64,000 nt of DNA, from positions 1 to 64,000 of the forward strand of contig JBKAGE010000007.1 of assembly GCA_046290225.1 (NCBI GenBank), in the 5' to 3' direction. Origin of the DNA: Bradymonadia bacterium (GTDB lineage: Bacteria; Myxococcota_A; Bradymonadia; UBA7976; UBA1532). How positions within the stretch are numbered: position 1 is the stretch's first letter; each line of letters begins with the position of its first letter. Position numbers and translations under genes: made by a program. The notes under the pieces are model-generated. The model saw only the letters and a program-made list of their open reading frames with translations. It searched no databases and had not been told where the DNA came from. Shown piece by piece: positions 35,220 to 49,445 of the stretch.

Positions 35220-36341
35220 TCAGAACTCTGCATCAAATTCCGGTTCCTCTACGCCTTCGTCGAGGCCAGCGTCAAGGGGCTCCCACCCCTGGCAGCTGGC
35301 ATATCGCTCGACCCAGGCGCGTACATCGAGATAGGCCGGATCTTCCTGACTCAAGAACTTGGTGCCGCCCCCATGGAGCAGCCCACCTGCTTCGATCTTC
35401 AAAGGTTTCAGCAACAGCAGGCTGTACTCGGGGCGTTCGATGTCGACGTAGCCGGCCTCGAGGATGGAGGCGAGGGTGGCCTCAGCAGAGGCGGCGTCTC
35501 CCCCACCCTCTTCGGCAAAAATCAGCCACATCGGGGGGTTGCCCACGTCGGCGAGCAGCCCGCCCTCCACATGACAATGCTCGCAGCGGCCTCTCCACCG
35601 CATGACCTGGGCCCGGAACGAGCCCAGGAGCCCTTCATCGTCACAGAGGCCGAAATCAGGGCCCACGTACATATCCTCAGGCTCGCCACAGTCCCCTACG
35701 GGGCACGGATCAGCATCAGGGGCACCGGCGTCGAGGCCTGCGTCGAGATCGACACCGCCATCGGGGGCGGGGCCCCCACATGGATGCTCGCCCACATCGG
35801 CACAGGCCGTGGCGTGACATGAGGCGCTGTATTCGATCCACGCGCGAAAGCCCTCATACTCCGCCGCCACCACCTCTGGAGGCACCATGGCCTCTTCTGG
35901 GGCCTCTCGACCGCGCTCGATCCAGCTGAGCAGAGTGCTCTCCTCAGGGTCGTCGAAGTTCACGAGGCCCCGATCGAGAAAACACGCCATGGTGGCGCAG
36001 GGGGTCTCCTGCACGAGGGACTCGAGGTCGATGCCCGGTAAGTGGCACCCATTGCAGCTCGAGGGCTGATCGTCGGTGAGGATGGGCTCGATGTACCGGG
36101 TGTACTGCGCCAGGGACTCTTCGACGTCACATGTCAGGCCGGCGTCGAGCGTCGCATCATGCTGCACCACGCTGGCATCACGAGGCACCACCATGGCGTC
36201 GCGCATCCTCGCGTCGGGCACAGCTGCATCGTGCACGGGAACGCCGAGATCGAGCGCCCCCGAGGCTGTGGCGTCAGGGCTTTCTTCTTCGCTGCAGCCA
36301 CTCAGGGCCAGCAGGATGCACGCGATGGCGAGTCGATGCAT
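35220..36341 (-). CDS. Putative diheme c-type cytochrome lipoprotein
   Basis: Lipobox LSGC, CNGCH and CEHCH, SLLLLKPL...HGGG.KF...WVE motif. Start ATG 36341; the ORF-track extension to 36848 is shadow sequence. Confidence 0.75.
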   Translation of the reverse strand: MHRLAIACILLALSGCSEEESPDATASGALDLGVPVHDAAVPDARMRDAMVVPRDASVVQHDATLDAGLTCDVEESLAQYTRYIEPILTDDQPSSCNGCHLPGIDLESLVQETPCATMACFLDRGLVNFDDPEESTLLSWIERGREAPEEAMVPPEVVAAEYEGFRAWIEYSASCHATACADVGEHPCGGPAPDGGVDLDAGLDAGAPDADPCPVGDCGEPEDMYVGPDFGLCDDEGLLGSFRAQVMRWRGRCEHCHVEGGLLADVGNPPMWLIFAEEGGGDAASAEATLASILEAGYVDIERPEYSLLLLKPLKIEAGGLLHGGGTKFLSQEDPAYLDVRAWVERYASCQGWEPLDAGLDEGVEEPEFDAEF

Positions 36342-36489
36342 GGGATCCGTCGAAGGGTAATCGTCGGTGCAGTGTATGGATCTGTGGGGTTTGATGCCAA
36401 TGGTCGTACAACACGTTTGCATCGCCCCTGCCCTCCGGGCCACCCTCGGTCCGCCGACCCCCTCCGACGCCCCAGAGGAGTAGCCCAAT

Positions 36490-37092
36490 ATGCGCCAGAC
36501 CCTATGGGTCGTCGCTTTGACGTGCCTCACAGCCTGCAACGAAGACCCTGCGTCTGACGCTGGGACCGGGTCGAACGATGCCCGCCCGACAGATGCTGCG
36601 CCTTTTGACGCCACAGGCCATGAGGACGGTGGCAGCCCTGATGCCCGTGAGGCTGATGCGTCGATGTCAGAGGTGGCCGATGCAACCCCACTCGATGCCG
36701 AGCACGTCGATGCAGGACTCGTCGACGCAGGCATCACTGACACCGGCACATCCGACGCAGACATCACCGACCTGGGGCCCCTCGATGCCGAGGTGCCCGA
36801 CGCCGAGCCCGTGGATGCCGCGCCGAGGCCCGACGAGGCCCTCGTCACCCGCTATTGCAATTGTGTCTTCCTCAATTGCCACGACCTCTATCACGAGGTG
36901 TGGGGCGAAGATGAAGTCACCGCCCGCCTCACCTGTCTAGAGGTCGGAGCAGAGCTGCCACTGGCGGAGATGCCCGTAGAGCAGGGCGACGCCATCGAGT
37001 GCCGGCTGCATCACTGCGCCCTCGCCGTCAACGAGCCCGAGCGAGCGTGCCCCGCCGCGCTGGGCCAGAGCCTCTGTGTGGAAGATCAATGA
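36490..37092 (+). CDS. Lipoprotein with DA-rich linker and one Cys-rich repeat
   Basis: GAGGAG RBS, lipobox LTAC, YCNCVFLNC...GDAIECRLHHC...ACP homologous to the repeats in 33245-34519. Confidence 0.78.
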   Translation: MRQTLWVVALTCLTACNEDPASDAGTGSNDARPTDAAPFDATGHEDGGSPDAREADASMSEVADATPLDAEHVDAGLVDAGITDTGTSDADITDLGPLDAEVPDAEPVDAAPRPDEALVTRYCNCVFLNCHDLYHEVWGEDEVTARLTCLEVGAELPLAEMPVEQGDAIECRLHHCALAVNEPERACPAALGQSLCVEDQ

Positions 37093-38261
37093 GCGAGCAG
37101 AAGATCCCCATTACCCGCCCGTTCTTCGACGACGCCGAGCAGATCGCCGTCAGCGGCCCGCTCAGCAGAGGCTGGGTAGCTCAGGGGCCGGAGGTCCAGC
37201 GCTTCGAAGCCGCCGTGGCTCAATATACCGGCGCCGCCTTTGCCGTGGCGTGTACCTCGGCCACCACGGGGCTGCATATGGCCCTCGCCGCCCTCGACAT
37301 CGGCCCCGGCGATGAGATCATCGTGCCCGCCTTCACGTGGGTCTCCACAGCCAACGCCGTGCGGTTCTGCGGCGCGACGCCAGTGTTCTGCGACATCGAT
37401 CTCGACACGTTCAATCTCGATCTCGATACATTGCCGCGACATCTCGGACCCAAGACCCGGGGCATCATCCCCGTGCACCTGTTCGGCAACCCCCTCGACG
37501 TGGAGCAGCTCGCGTCGATCGCCGGCGACGTGGCCATCGTGGAAGACGCCGCCTGCGCCCTGGGCACCACGTTGAGAGGCCGCCATGTGGGGCTCACCGG
37601 TGATTTGGGCGTCTTCAGCTTTCACCCGCGCAAGATCATCACCACCGGCGAGGGGGGCATGGTGTTCGGCAGCGACGAGGCATGGCGCCCTCGCCTGAAA
37701 TCGTTGAGAGATCACGGTGCGTCTCTGGGGACCGAGATCAGGCAACGACAGGCAGGTGCACCACCGCCCATCGACTTCGACACGCTGGGCTACAACTACC
37801 GCATGACCGATCTGCAGGGCGCCATCGGCGTGACGCAGATGGAGAAACTGCCCGGGATCATCGAGGCGCGCACGACGCAGGCACAGCGCTATCACGCGGG
37901 CCTCGCCGATTTGCCCTGGCTGCAGCGCCCCACGACGCCACCAGGGGGTGTGCACAGCTGGCAGGCCTATGTCTGCCTCTACCAGCCCGAGGCCCCGAGC
38001 CTCGAGCGGGTCGACGCCATGTATCAGGGCCGCAATCAGCTCATGCACCGTCTGCACGAAGCGGGCATCGCCACCCGACCCGGCACCCACGCGGTGCACA
38101 CCCTGGGGCTCTATCGTCGGCTCTACGATCTCACCCCGGCGAGCGCCCCCCGGGCGTGGATGGCTGATCGGTTGTCGCTGGCGCTGCCGCTCTACCCCGG
38201 CCTCACCAAGGCGCAGCAGGACTACGTCATCGACACGCTGAGAGCCCTCGGCCCGCAATGA
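37089..38261 (+). CDS. DegT/DnrJ/EryC1/StrS PLP-dependent aminotransferase
   Basis: GPEVQRFE, SATTGLH, GPGDEIIVP.FT, PVHLFG, EDAACALG, FSFHPRKIITTGEGG, GYNYRMTDLQ, LPLYP. ATGA overlap with the upstream gene. Confidence 0.94.
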   Translation: MSEQKIPITRPFFDDAEQIAVSGPLSRGWVAQGPEVQRFEAAVAQYTGAAFAVACTSATTGLHMALAALDIGPGDEIIVPAFTWVSTANAVRFCGATPVFCDIDLDTFNLDLDTLPRHLGPKTRGIIPVHLFGNPLDVEQLASIAGDVAIVEDAACALGTTLRGRHVGLTGDLGVFSFHPRKIITTGEGGMVFGSDEAWRPRLKSLRDHGASLGTEIRQRQAGAPPPIDFDTLGYNYRMTDLQGAIGVTQMEKLPGIIEARTTQAQRYHAGLADLPWLQRPTTPPGGVHSWQAYVCLYQPEAPSLERVDAMYQGRNQLMHRLHEAGIATRPGTHAVHTLGLYRRLYDLTPASAPRAWMADRLSLALPLYPGLTKAQQDYVIDTLRALGPQ

Positions 38262-38413
38262 GCTGGTGATCCCACCTCACCTCCGAGACCCCACGCGCGA
38301 ATTCTGGCAGGGCCACGAGCCAAAGCCCGAGCCGGCACGTGCCGAAACTCTCTCCAATGGGTCGACAGGCCACCCTCTGGTTAGGTAAACCCGTCCAGTC
38401 AACGAGCTGCGAG

Positions 38414-40818
38414 ATGCACATGGATCTCAGGGATCTCGGTGATCGCTATCACATCGAGACCGAAATCGGCCGCGGATCAATCGGCATCATCTACCGGTCC
38501 CGGGACCGCCTGCTCGGGCGCCCGGTGGCGGTCAAGATGTTGCGCCCTGAGCTTCAGGACCGCGCCCGACAGCGCACGCGCTTCATGCGCGAGGCCCACC
38601 TGACCGGCCGACTCGGTCACCCCAACATCGTGCCCATGTACGACGTCGGCGCCCTCGACGGGGCGCCATGCCTCGTGATGGGGCTGCTCAGTGGCCTCTC
38701 GTTGCGCACGTACATCCGCACGCAGCGGGCGGCCACGGCGAAGATGCTCTCCTGGTTCACCCAGATTTGTAACGGCGTGGCCTTTGCCCACCGCGCGGGC
38801 ATCATCCATCGCGACATCAAGCCCGCCCACGTGATCCTCGGCGAATATGGTCAGGTGGTGCTCACCGACTGGGGCCTCGCCAAGCAAATCCGCTCCACAG
38901 ATGCAGGTCGTGAGGCCGAAGACGGCGTGGGACGAGGATCTCATCGCGAGCTGACCCGCCACGGCGACGTCATCGGCACGCCCGCCTATATGGCCCCGGA
39001 GCAGGCTGCTGGACGGCTGAACGATGTCGATCATCGGGTCGACATCTACGCCCTCGGGGCCATCCTGTACGAGATCCTCACCGGCACGCGGCCCTATGAG
39101 GCATCACGGTCCATCGAGGTGCTCCGGGCCATCCGCAAGGGTCCTCCAGAGCCTCCGTGCAGCCGCGCTCCGGATCGCGGGATCCCCCAAGCCCTCGAGT
39201 CAGCGTGTATGCAGGCCATGGCCCGGGAGCCCGCCGACAGGTTCGCCACCGCCCTCGAGCTGGCGGCGCAGATCGAAGCCTTCGTGGAGACCCACGGCGC
39301 AGGGCACAGCGGCGCCTACCCCGCGGTGTCGGGGCACACGCTGGTCGATCTCGTGCCCCCGCCCCCAGAGCAGGCCACAGCGAGCGTGCACTCCATGGGC
39401 GCCGACGAAGAGGCGGAGCGTCATCTGTCTCGGGGCAAAGCCGAAGCGCTGGCCTTCAACGAGCAGCTCAGTCAGGCCCGTCGGTACGACGAAGAGGCCG
39501 CCCGGCAGCTCGCCACTCTGCCTCGGCAGCCCGAGCTGACACAGCTGCAGGCAGTCTGGGGCCTCGAGAGCCAGGCCCGGGGCACCCTCGATCGCGCCGC
39601 CCACCACCTGGTGCAGGCCGCCGAGGCTCTGGAGCAGGCCGCCGAAGCTCCAGAGGTCATGCCCCGAGCGCGCCAGGCCCAGGCCCAGCTGCACCGCGAC
39701 GCATGGCGGGCCGCCCGGGCCAGCGGTGATCCCATCAACGCCGACTACCACCGCAGCCGCGCCGAGGCCTTCGACGAGGGCCCTCTGCGCATGGAGCTCG
39801 CCAATCGCGCCACCCTCTCGGTGACGGTGGTGGGCGCGGAGCGCGATGGCTTGAGGGGCAAGATGGCCGTGGAGCTCGCCACGGTGGACGATCGGCCACC
39901 GGCATGGACGCCTGGCGCAGGCCTGCGACTGGGCGAGACTCCGCTCTCGGAGCGCATCATCACCGCCACCCGGTGTCACCTGAAGTTGATCCCAGCCATG
40001 GGCCCCGTGGTGGAGATGCCGCTGAACATCGAGCCCGGCAGCGCCGTGAGCTTGCAGATCTCGGCGCCTCCTCGAAAGGTACCTCCGGGCTTCATCTTCA
40101 TCCCCGGCGGCCGCTTCACCCTCGGCGCCGACAGCGCCGCGCCAGGCGCATGTCGCCCTCGGCAAGTCACAGTCGAGCCCTTCATGATGGGGCGCACAGT
40201 GGTGACCTGGGAGTCGTACTTCAGGTTCCTCACCCACCTGAGCGAAGACGGCCAGGATCCGACGATGCACCTGCCCCGACATCACGATCGACTGCTCGTG
40301 GAGATGGTCCGGGGCCGGCCGCGCTGGAAGAAAGGGACCGAGCCTCCAGCAGGGAGCCCGGTGCGTTTCATCAGCCACGCCGACGCCGAAGCCTTCGCCC
40401 ACTGGATGGGCCGCCGGCTGAACAGCAAGGTACGTCTGCCCACAGAGGCCGAGTGGGAGTATGCTGCGGGCGGGATCGACGGCCGCGCGTTCCCCTGGGG
40501 GGGCGGCTATGTGCCCGGCTTCGCCGACAACAGGCGCCGACGGGCCACCAGCCCATCAGCCATCGAGGCGTTCCCGGAAGATCGCAGCCCCTTCGGCATC
40601 GTCGGCATGGGGGGTGGGGTTCGAGAGTGGACCCTCACCAGTGCCGACGAGCCCGACCGGTTCTTGTTGCGCGGTGGCTCCTGGCGCGCGCGACCAGATC
40701 AGGTCAGAATCTGTGCCAGAGCCACGGCGGGCTCTGCTTTGACCCATGACGCCATCGGCATCCGTCTCGTCGTAGAGGTGCCGACGGCCCAACACGCTCA
40801 CTCTACGGAGACGCGCTG

Positions 40819-40819
<1 letters not shown>
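38414..40819 (+). CDS. Ser/Thr kinase-like domain + FGE-sulfatase (SUMF1-like) domain protein
   Basis: VAVK, HPNIVP, HRDIKPAH, DWGLAK, GTPAYMAPEQ; C-terminal RLPTEAEWEYAA, FPWG, SPFG..GM.GGVREW, RGGSW, GIRLV. Confidence 0.9.
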
Positions 40820-43932
<3,113 letters not shown>

Positions 43933-43945
43933 AGCCGTCAGCGCT

Positions 43946-44530
43946 TCAGCGCATCCACGAGGGCTTGGGTGCCCCCTCAGGCAGCTCCGGGTCACGGAGC
44001 GGCGGGCGCCCCATGAGCCCACGCACATAGAACACCACCACAGCGATGGCCCCCCAGGCGAGGCCCACCACCACACCACCATCGATGATGGCCCGCCAGG
44101 GCTGGTCGAGCTGACGCACGGCGGCGATGACGCCCACGATGACGGTGATCAACACCCAGCCCACGATCATGCGCTTCTTCGTGGCGTAGAACAGGCCCAT
44201 GCAAAAGGCCGGCGCCAACAACACGTGCAGCGGCTTGGGGTGCTCGGCGAGGTACAGGCTGCGGGCCACCACTCGGGGAGAGTAGCCTTTCTGGAACCCG
44301 CGATAGCCCTCGGCGTGAGCGTTGAAGACAATGAAGCCCACATAGAGCACCCACTGGAAACCGGTGAGGGCGGGGCCCACGGTGAAGGGCTCGAGGGCGA
44401 TGGGGGTGAGGCGCCAGATGGCGCTGCCCAACAGAGACAGCGCTCCGAGCACACCCCAGAGCGAGGCGAAGCGGCCCAGCAGGCTCACCTGCGTGGTGCG
44501 ATCTTCAGGTGCCTCGGTGCCAGCGCTCAT
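43946..44530 (-). CDS. Hypothetical membrane protein
   Basis: 194 aa, about 4-5 TM helices, conserved-looking EGYRGFQK.YSPRVVAR and QPWRAIIDGGVV motifs. Confidence 0.75.
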   Translation of the reverse strand: MSAGTEAPEDRTTQVSLLGRFASLWGVLGALSLLGSAIWRLTPIALEPFTVGPALTGFQWVLYVGFIVFNAHAEGYRGFQKGYSPRVVARSLYLAEHPKPLHVLLAPAFCMGLFYATKKRMIVGWVLITVIVGVIAAVRQLDQPWRAIIDGGVVVGLAWGAIAVVVFYVRGLMGRPPLRDPELPEGAPKPSWMR

Positions 44531-44603
44531 GCAGATCTCGTCCTCAACTCTTCAGCGATTTGGGCAGTGGTAGCACAACGCCTGCGGCGAAGCACTCAAC
44601 CTC

Positions 44604-45977
44604 TCAGATGTGGGCGACCGAGCCGTCGCTCATCATCAGGCACTCCGCCGTCTTCAGGCCCTGGCCCCGATCGAGGACCTTGCGCTGCTTTGCGTTCAGC
44701 ATCTTGGCCTTCAGGCCATCATTGGCGCGCCATCGAACCACCGTGAGCGGGCTGAGCCGCAGTGTCTCTGGTGCTTGAGCCAATGCCGTGGCCCATTCAT
44801 CACCGTGGGCAGGCAGATCGGTGCTCCACACCTGCAGCGCGTTCAGCTGCGGCAACGCACCGACGAGGGCGTCGATCTGCTCGAACTCTTCGAGGTGCAG
44901 GGGCCAGTCCAGGGCCATCAGCGCACTTCGCAAAGTCTCGGGCATGGCCTCGATGAGCGGAGCCATACGATCGAGGGGCACCTTGTGGCCGGGCAGCTTT
45001 GCGAAACGGGAGACCCGAATGTCGCACTGTCGCAGCAACTCGATGAGAGTGGCCCATGGGGTCTCGGCGTCGATGTCCAGACGGCTGCCGAAGGCGCGCT
45101 GATAGACCCCCGCTCGCAGCAAACTCTCGGTGAGCTGCATGTCGCACGATTCGACCACCACCGGCCGGGCGTTCTGCAACCAGACCCCCAGCGGCTCGGC
45201 GAGGGTGTCGAGCGAGGACCCCATGAAATGAGTCCGCACCGAAAGATGCCGTAGGCTGGCCCACTTGGGGGCGTTGGCCTTGATGGGCCGATGCGCCAAG
45301 GCGGAATCTTCGAGGATCAGCTGCAGAGAGACCACGTGATCGAGATCGGTGCGGGCCAGCATCGCGTCGACTTGCAACGGGTCAGCGAGCTTGAGGATGA
45401 CCTCACGGTCATCGAGGCCGCTGGCCTGATCAGACGCCTGCCGTGCTCTCCGCGCGATGTTGTTCGACCAGCTAGAAGGCAACACCCCCTCTGCACTCAG
45501 GTGCGCTCTGATTTTTTCGTGATCGCCCCTCTTTTGAGATCCGATCGAGGCCTTCTCTGGCTGGGCCGCACCAAACAACTTTGTCAGCCCGTCGAGCACT
45601 GAGGCCTGGCTGCCGAACTCCCTGAGTCTGATGAGGTTGATCGAACCCAGGTGCGGAGACTCGGAGAGCGCGCTCATCCACACCGCTGCCTGCTTGGCCA
45701 TGTGCCCGAAGAAGAACATCTCCAGCGAGAGCGTACGCACCAGCTCGAAGCGCAGATCGAGCTCTGGGCGGTGATAGAGGGCATACCAGTGGCGCGGACA
45801 CACCCTGATCTCGTCAGGCCACTCTTCAATGGCTGCGCGCAGCGCCTGGAGGCCCTCCACGTCACTGGCGAGGGCCAGGGCGTCAGCGACACCGACCAGC
45901 ACCGCCCACGCGTCACTGTCGGGCCTCTCGAACTGCACAGCATCAGACCATGTGAGGCCAAAGGCGAGATCAGACAT
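44604..45977 (-). CDS. Hypothetical protein (possible degenerate Leu-rich repeats)
   Basis: 457 aa ORF filling the gap, with LxxLxL-like segments; no firm family. Confidence 0.62.
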   Translation of the reverse strand: MSDLAFGLTWSDAVQFERPDSDAWAVLVGVADALALASDVEGLQALRAAIEEWPDEIRVCPRHWYALYHRPELDLRFELVRTLSLEMFFFGHMAKQAAVWMSALSESPHLGSINLIRLREFGSQASVLDGLTKLFGAAQPEKASIGSQKRGDHEKIRAHLSAEGVLPSSWSNNIARRARQASDQASGLDDREVILKLADPLQVDAMLARTDLDHVVSLQLILEDSALAHRPIKANAPKWASLRHLSVRTHFMGSSLDTLAEPLGVWLQNARPVVVESCDMQLTESLLRAGVYQRAFGSRLDIDAETPWATLIELLRQCDIRVSRFAKLPGHKVPLDRMAPLIEAMPETLRSALMALDWPLHLEEFEQIDALVGALPQLNALQVWSTDLPAHGDEWATALAQAPETLRLSPLTVVRWRANDGLKAKMLNAKQRKVLDRGQGLKTAECLMMSDGSVAHI

Positions 45978-46047
45978 GGCGGGTACCCTCGTAGGTAGAG
46001 TTGAGTGTGCTGATTACGCGAGGGCAGGGCTCGACGCAAACAGCCCC

Positions 46048-47097
46048 TCACATCCAGGGCGTGGTCACCGCCACCCCGAAGGAGAACGACTGAATCTTCG
46101 ATGTGTTTCGCCCCCAGACCACCGGGGTGTAGCCCAGGTTCAGCTCGGTGCCTTCGACGACGCGGAAGATCACCCCCACGGGGGTCACCACCCGGTCGCG
46201 CTCGAGGCGCAGCTCTCTGAGGAACAGGTTGTCGAGGCCGCCGTACTCCTCAGCAGGCAGAGTGGGATCTTCCGCCGCTACGCTCACCCCGATGATCTTG
46301 CCGTCGGTGACCGCAAACTCACCGTCTACGCCGGCGTAGACCAGCACCCGCTCTCCGATGCGCTGGCCAGCCTTCACGCTGCCCACCACCTGGTCACCGG
46401 CGCCGCCGAACCGCAGCGCATAGCCGATGTCGGCCCGGGCGAAGAAGCCCACCGAGGTGGCCCAGCCCAACAAGAGCCGTGGCACCAGATCGAGCTGTCC
46501 GTCACCGAGGGTGACATCGTCCGAGACATTGTCGGGGTTCGTGAAGCCCGCGATGTCGGAGAGGAACGCCTCCCGAGTGGCCGGCCGATCACCGAAGGTG
46601 CCTTCAGGGCGATCGTAGCCCGTGGGGGTCTTGAGGGTCAGCTCCAGCGCCGAGGCCCACTGACCACCAGTGAGCTGATAACGGGCGGTCATACGCAGGT
46701 CGCCGATGCCCGTCTGCCCCCGGTTCAGGTTGATGATGTTCTCCTGATAGAAGTCGAAGTCGCTCTGGACCTGATCACCAGGAGATGGCAACAAGATCAC
46801 CGGATCTGCGGTGTAGTTGACCTGCTTGATGGGCATCTCGAACTGCAGCTCCACCTTGGAGGTCAGGCCCAGTCGTACGCCGAAGGTGTAGGTGCTCGCC
46901 GAGTACCGCCCATCGAGAGAGAACGGCACCGCCTCCCGATCGCCGAGGAACTCTTCTGTGGCCACCTCGTAGTCGTACCGCCCGAGCACCACCAGCTTGC
47001 CCGGAGGCAGCACCCACGGTGAGGCGGTGGCGACGAGCGGAGATAGAGCTGCGCCGATGAAGCTCAGCGCCGTGACGAGCCATGGGGTGCGTTGCAT
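46048..47097 (-). CDS. Outer-membrane beta-barrel protein (MetA-pathway/transporter-like)
   Basis: Signal peptide, GIGDLRMTARYQL, LKTPTGY, LGDGQLD, alternating beta-strands. Confidence 0.72.
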   Translation of the reverse strand: MQRTPWLVTALSFIGAALSPLVATASPWVLPPGKLVVLGRYDYEVATEEFLGDREAVPFSLDGRYSASTYTFGVRLGLTSKVELQFEMPIKQVNYTADPVILLPSPGDQVQSDFDFYQENIINLNRGQTGIGDLRMTARYQLTGGQWASALELTLKTPTGYDRPEGTFGDRPATREAFLSDIAGFTNPDNVSDDVTLGDGQLDLVPRLLLGWATSVGFFARADIGYALRFGGAGDQVVGSVKAGQRIGERVLVYAGVDGEFAVTDGKIIGVSVAAEDPTLPAEEYGGLDNLFLRELRLERDRVVTPVGVIFRVVEGTELNLGYTPVVWGRNTSKIQSFSFGVAVTTPWM

Positions 47098-47108
47098 CGA
47101 TTCTTCCG

Positions 47109-48902
47109 TCAAAAGGTCACGAAGGGTTGAGGCTGCTCTTTTTTCTCTTCCTTCACCGGCGGAGGTGCAGGGGGCGCCTCTGGGGCAGGCGGAACATCTG
47201 AGGCGGCGGGCTGCTCAGGGGCCGCGGGTGCAGTCTCTGGAGTGGGTGCTTTCACTTCGACAACAGGGGGCACCGCAGCATCAGGCGCAGCGGGGATCTC
47301 CGGGGCAATGTCTGACTCCGGCTGCTCTGGCGCCTGCAACTGCGGCACCACAGGGGCGACCTCAGTGAGCGGATCTTTCTCAACCTCGACGGCTGCAGGC
47401 ATCGCTGGCTGCGCAGGCACTTCGCCCTTGACCGCGGGCTCGACCCGCGTGCGCTTGGCGCCACGGCGGGTGACACCACGACGGGCGCGGCGACGCAGCG
47501 GCTTGGGCTTCGGCTGCTCAGCGACCTGAGTGGCTGCATCGGGCATCACTGCATCGGGCATCACAGCGTCGGGCACTGCGGCATCAGAAACATGCACGTC
47601 CGGCATCTCCGCGGCGGCTTTGATTGCACCATCGGGCTGCACCTCGGTGACCGCCACCATCGCCCGTGAGGGATCTGTGTCACCGCCTGGTCCCTCATCA
47701 TCCTCATGGGCGAGCACGGCCCAGCCCACACCGCCGAGCATCAAGAGCAGCACCGCGATGCCACCCCATCTGACAAACCGGTGGGGGAACCCGTCGATCT
47801 CTTCGTCGATGGACTCGTCGAGCACCCCGTCCGCGTCGAGTGTGGGCGCCTGCGCCAGGGTGTCGGAGTCAGGCGGCAGCACCAGCGCTGCGCCACGGCC
47901 ATCTCCAGAGCCCGTCGAGATGGGCTCGATCTCACTGAGAGAGATGGGCCCTTCTCCAGACTCGTCGGCGCCAAAGACCGGGTTCAGACTGATGCCGGAG
48001 ATCGATGCCATTCCAGCATCGGAGACGCCCTCCAGCGCGCTCAGCACCGCCCCTGCGTGGGGGAAGCGATGCGCAGGTTTCTTCTCCAGACAGCGATCCA
48101 CCACAGCAGCCAGCGCCGGATCGACTTCTGGAGCGTGGGTGGTCACGGGTACGTGAGGGGTCTGATACGCAGCCATACACACTGCAGGCAACGTCTCGCC
48201 CTCGAAGGGCAGCTTGCCCGTGAGGATCTCGTAGAGCATCACCCCCACCGACCAGACATCGGAGGCCGGCGTGCACTTGCGGGGATCCATGGCCTGCTCG
48301 GGGCTCATGTAGTGGGGCGTGCCCATGGTGAGGCCGGTCTTGGTGGCGGGGCCGCTCAAGTCGTCTCGGGCGATGCCGAAGTCGATCAGCTTGATCTCCG
48401 GCGGCTCAGGCAGCGGCTCTGCGCCGCCTCGACTGGCGCCGATCACGAAGACATTGTCGGGCTTGATGTCCCGGTGGATCACCCCTGCGGTGTGGGCGGC
48501 GGCGAGGGGGGCCAGCATCCCCTTGAGGGCTGCGACGGCCTCGGGCAGCACCTTCTGGTCTTGCCGATCCGCGAGCCAGTTCCTGAGGCTGGTGCCTCGG
48601 AGCAGCTCCATGACGAGATAGAAGCCGCCGTCGTCAGTGCGGCCTTCGTCGAAGCACGCCACCACACCCGGGTGACCAATGGTGGAGGCTGCCCGGGCTT
48701 CACGCATCAGTCGCTCAGCGGTGGAGTCGCGATCGGTCAGGTGCGGATGCAACACCTTGAGAGCCACACTGAGCTCTGTGGAGAGATCGACGGCCTGATA
48801 CACATTGCCCATGCTGCCGCGGGCAAGCAGACGGATGGGCTGATAGCGCCCGCCATACACCGGCCCCTCAGGGGGTGTCGTTTTCGGATTGTCCTCGGCC
48901 AT
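47109..48902 (-). CDS. Membrane-anchored Ser/Thr protein kinase
   Basis: ARGSMG.VY, VALK, HRDIKPDN, DFGIA, GTPHYMSPEQ, one TM segment, Pro/Ala-rich C-terminus. Confidence 0.92.
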   Translation of the reverse strand: MAEDNPKTTPPEGPVYGGRYQPIRLLARGSMGNVYQAVDLSTELSVALKVLHPHLTDRDSTAERLMREARAASTIGHPGVVACFDEGRTDDGGFYLVMELLRGTSLRNWLADRQDQKVLPEAVAALKGMLAPLAAAHTAGVIHRDIKPDNVFVIGASRGGAEPLPEPPEIKLIDFGIARDDLSGPATKTGLTMGTPHYMSPEQAMDPRKCTPASDVWSVGVMLYEILTGKLPFEGETLPAVCMAAYQTPHVPVTTHAPEVDPALAAVVDRCLEKKPAHRFPHAGAVLSALEGVSDAGMASISGISLNPVFGADESGEGPISLSEIEPISTGSGDGRGAALVLPPDSDTLAQAPTLDADGVLDESIDEEIDGFPHRFVRWGGIAVLLLMLGGVGWAVLAHEDDEGPGGDTDPSRAMVAVTEVQPDGAIKAAAEMPDVHVSDAAVPDAVMPDAVMPDAATQVAEQPKPKPLRRRARRGVTRRGAKRTRVEPAVKGEVPAQPAMPAAVEVEKDPLTEVAPVVPQLQAPEQPESDIAPEIPAAPDAAVPPVVEVKAPTPETAPAAPEQPAASDVPPAPEAPPAPPPVKEEKKEQPQPFVTF

Positions 48903-49042
48903 CACTACCCGGTCTCGCACGTTCGGGGGTGAAGTAGAGAGTGCTCGCTCGCCGCGAGGTCGCGTCTCTCCTGACTACGTCTGCTTAAACTGAAATGTTG
49001 CGCCTTGCTGCGCTTTGGCCTGCTCGGATGGCGGCCTTCGCC

Positions 49043-49429
49043 TCAGAGGATCGCGTGGGCCTCGATCTCCAAGAGGGCCTGACGCTCGACGAGGGCCGAA
49101 ACAGCCACCAGAGCCATGGCAGGAAAATGACGCCCCATGCGAGCACGCCAGATGGGCCCCAGGGCCCGCTCATTTCGACGATAGTCCTCGATGTCGGTGA
49201 CATAGATCACCATGCGAGCAAGATCAGTCGCAGCGCCGCCAGCGGCCTCTACGACAGCGACGACATTGGCCAGCGCCTGGTCGAATTGCTCGAGGAACCC
49301 GCCCTCTACAAAGACCTGATCAGGACCCCAGCCAATCTGCCCGGCGATGAAGAGCACTTTGCCCTCACCGAGCATACCGTTGGCATACCCCTTCGCCGGG
49401 GCCCAGCCCTCTGGGTGGATGATCTTCAT
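49043..49429 (-). CDS. Rid (YjgF/YER057c/UK114) family protein, non-Arg subfamily
   Basis: P.GW...KGY.NG, IAGQIG, FPAMALV.V..L, LEIEA. The catalytic Arg position of RidA is Met. Confidence 0.88.
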   Translation of the reverse strand: MKIIHPEGWAPAKGYANGMLGEGKVLFIAGQIGWGPDQVFVEGGFLEQFDQALANVVAVVEAAGGAATDLARMVIYVTDIEDYRRNERALGPIWRARMGRHFPAMALVAVSALVERQALLEIEAHAIL

Positions 49430-49445
49430 CGTGCTTCTCCCTTAA

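Noticed and set aside
37089..38261. O-antigen/sugar biosynthesis cluster
   Set aside because: The DegT-type aminotransferase is isolated, with no flanking dehydratase, glycosyltransferase or flippase.
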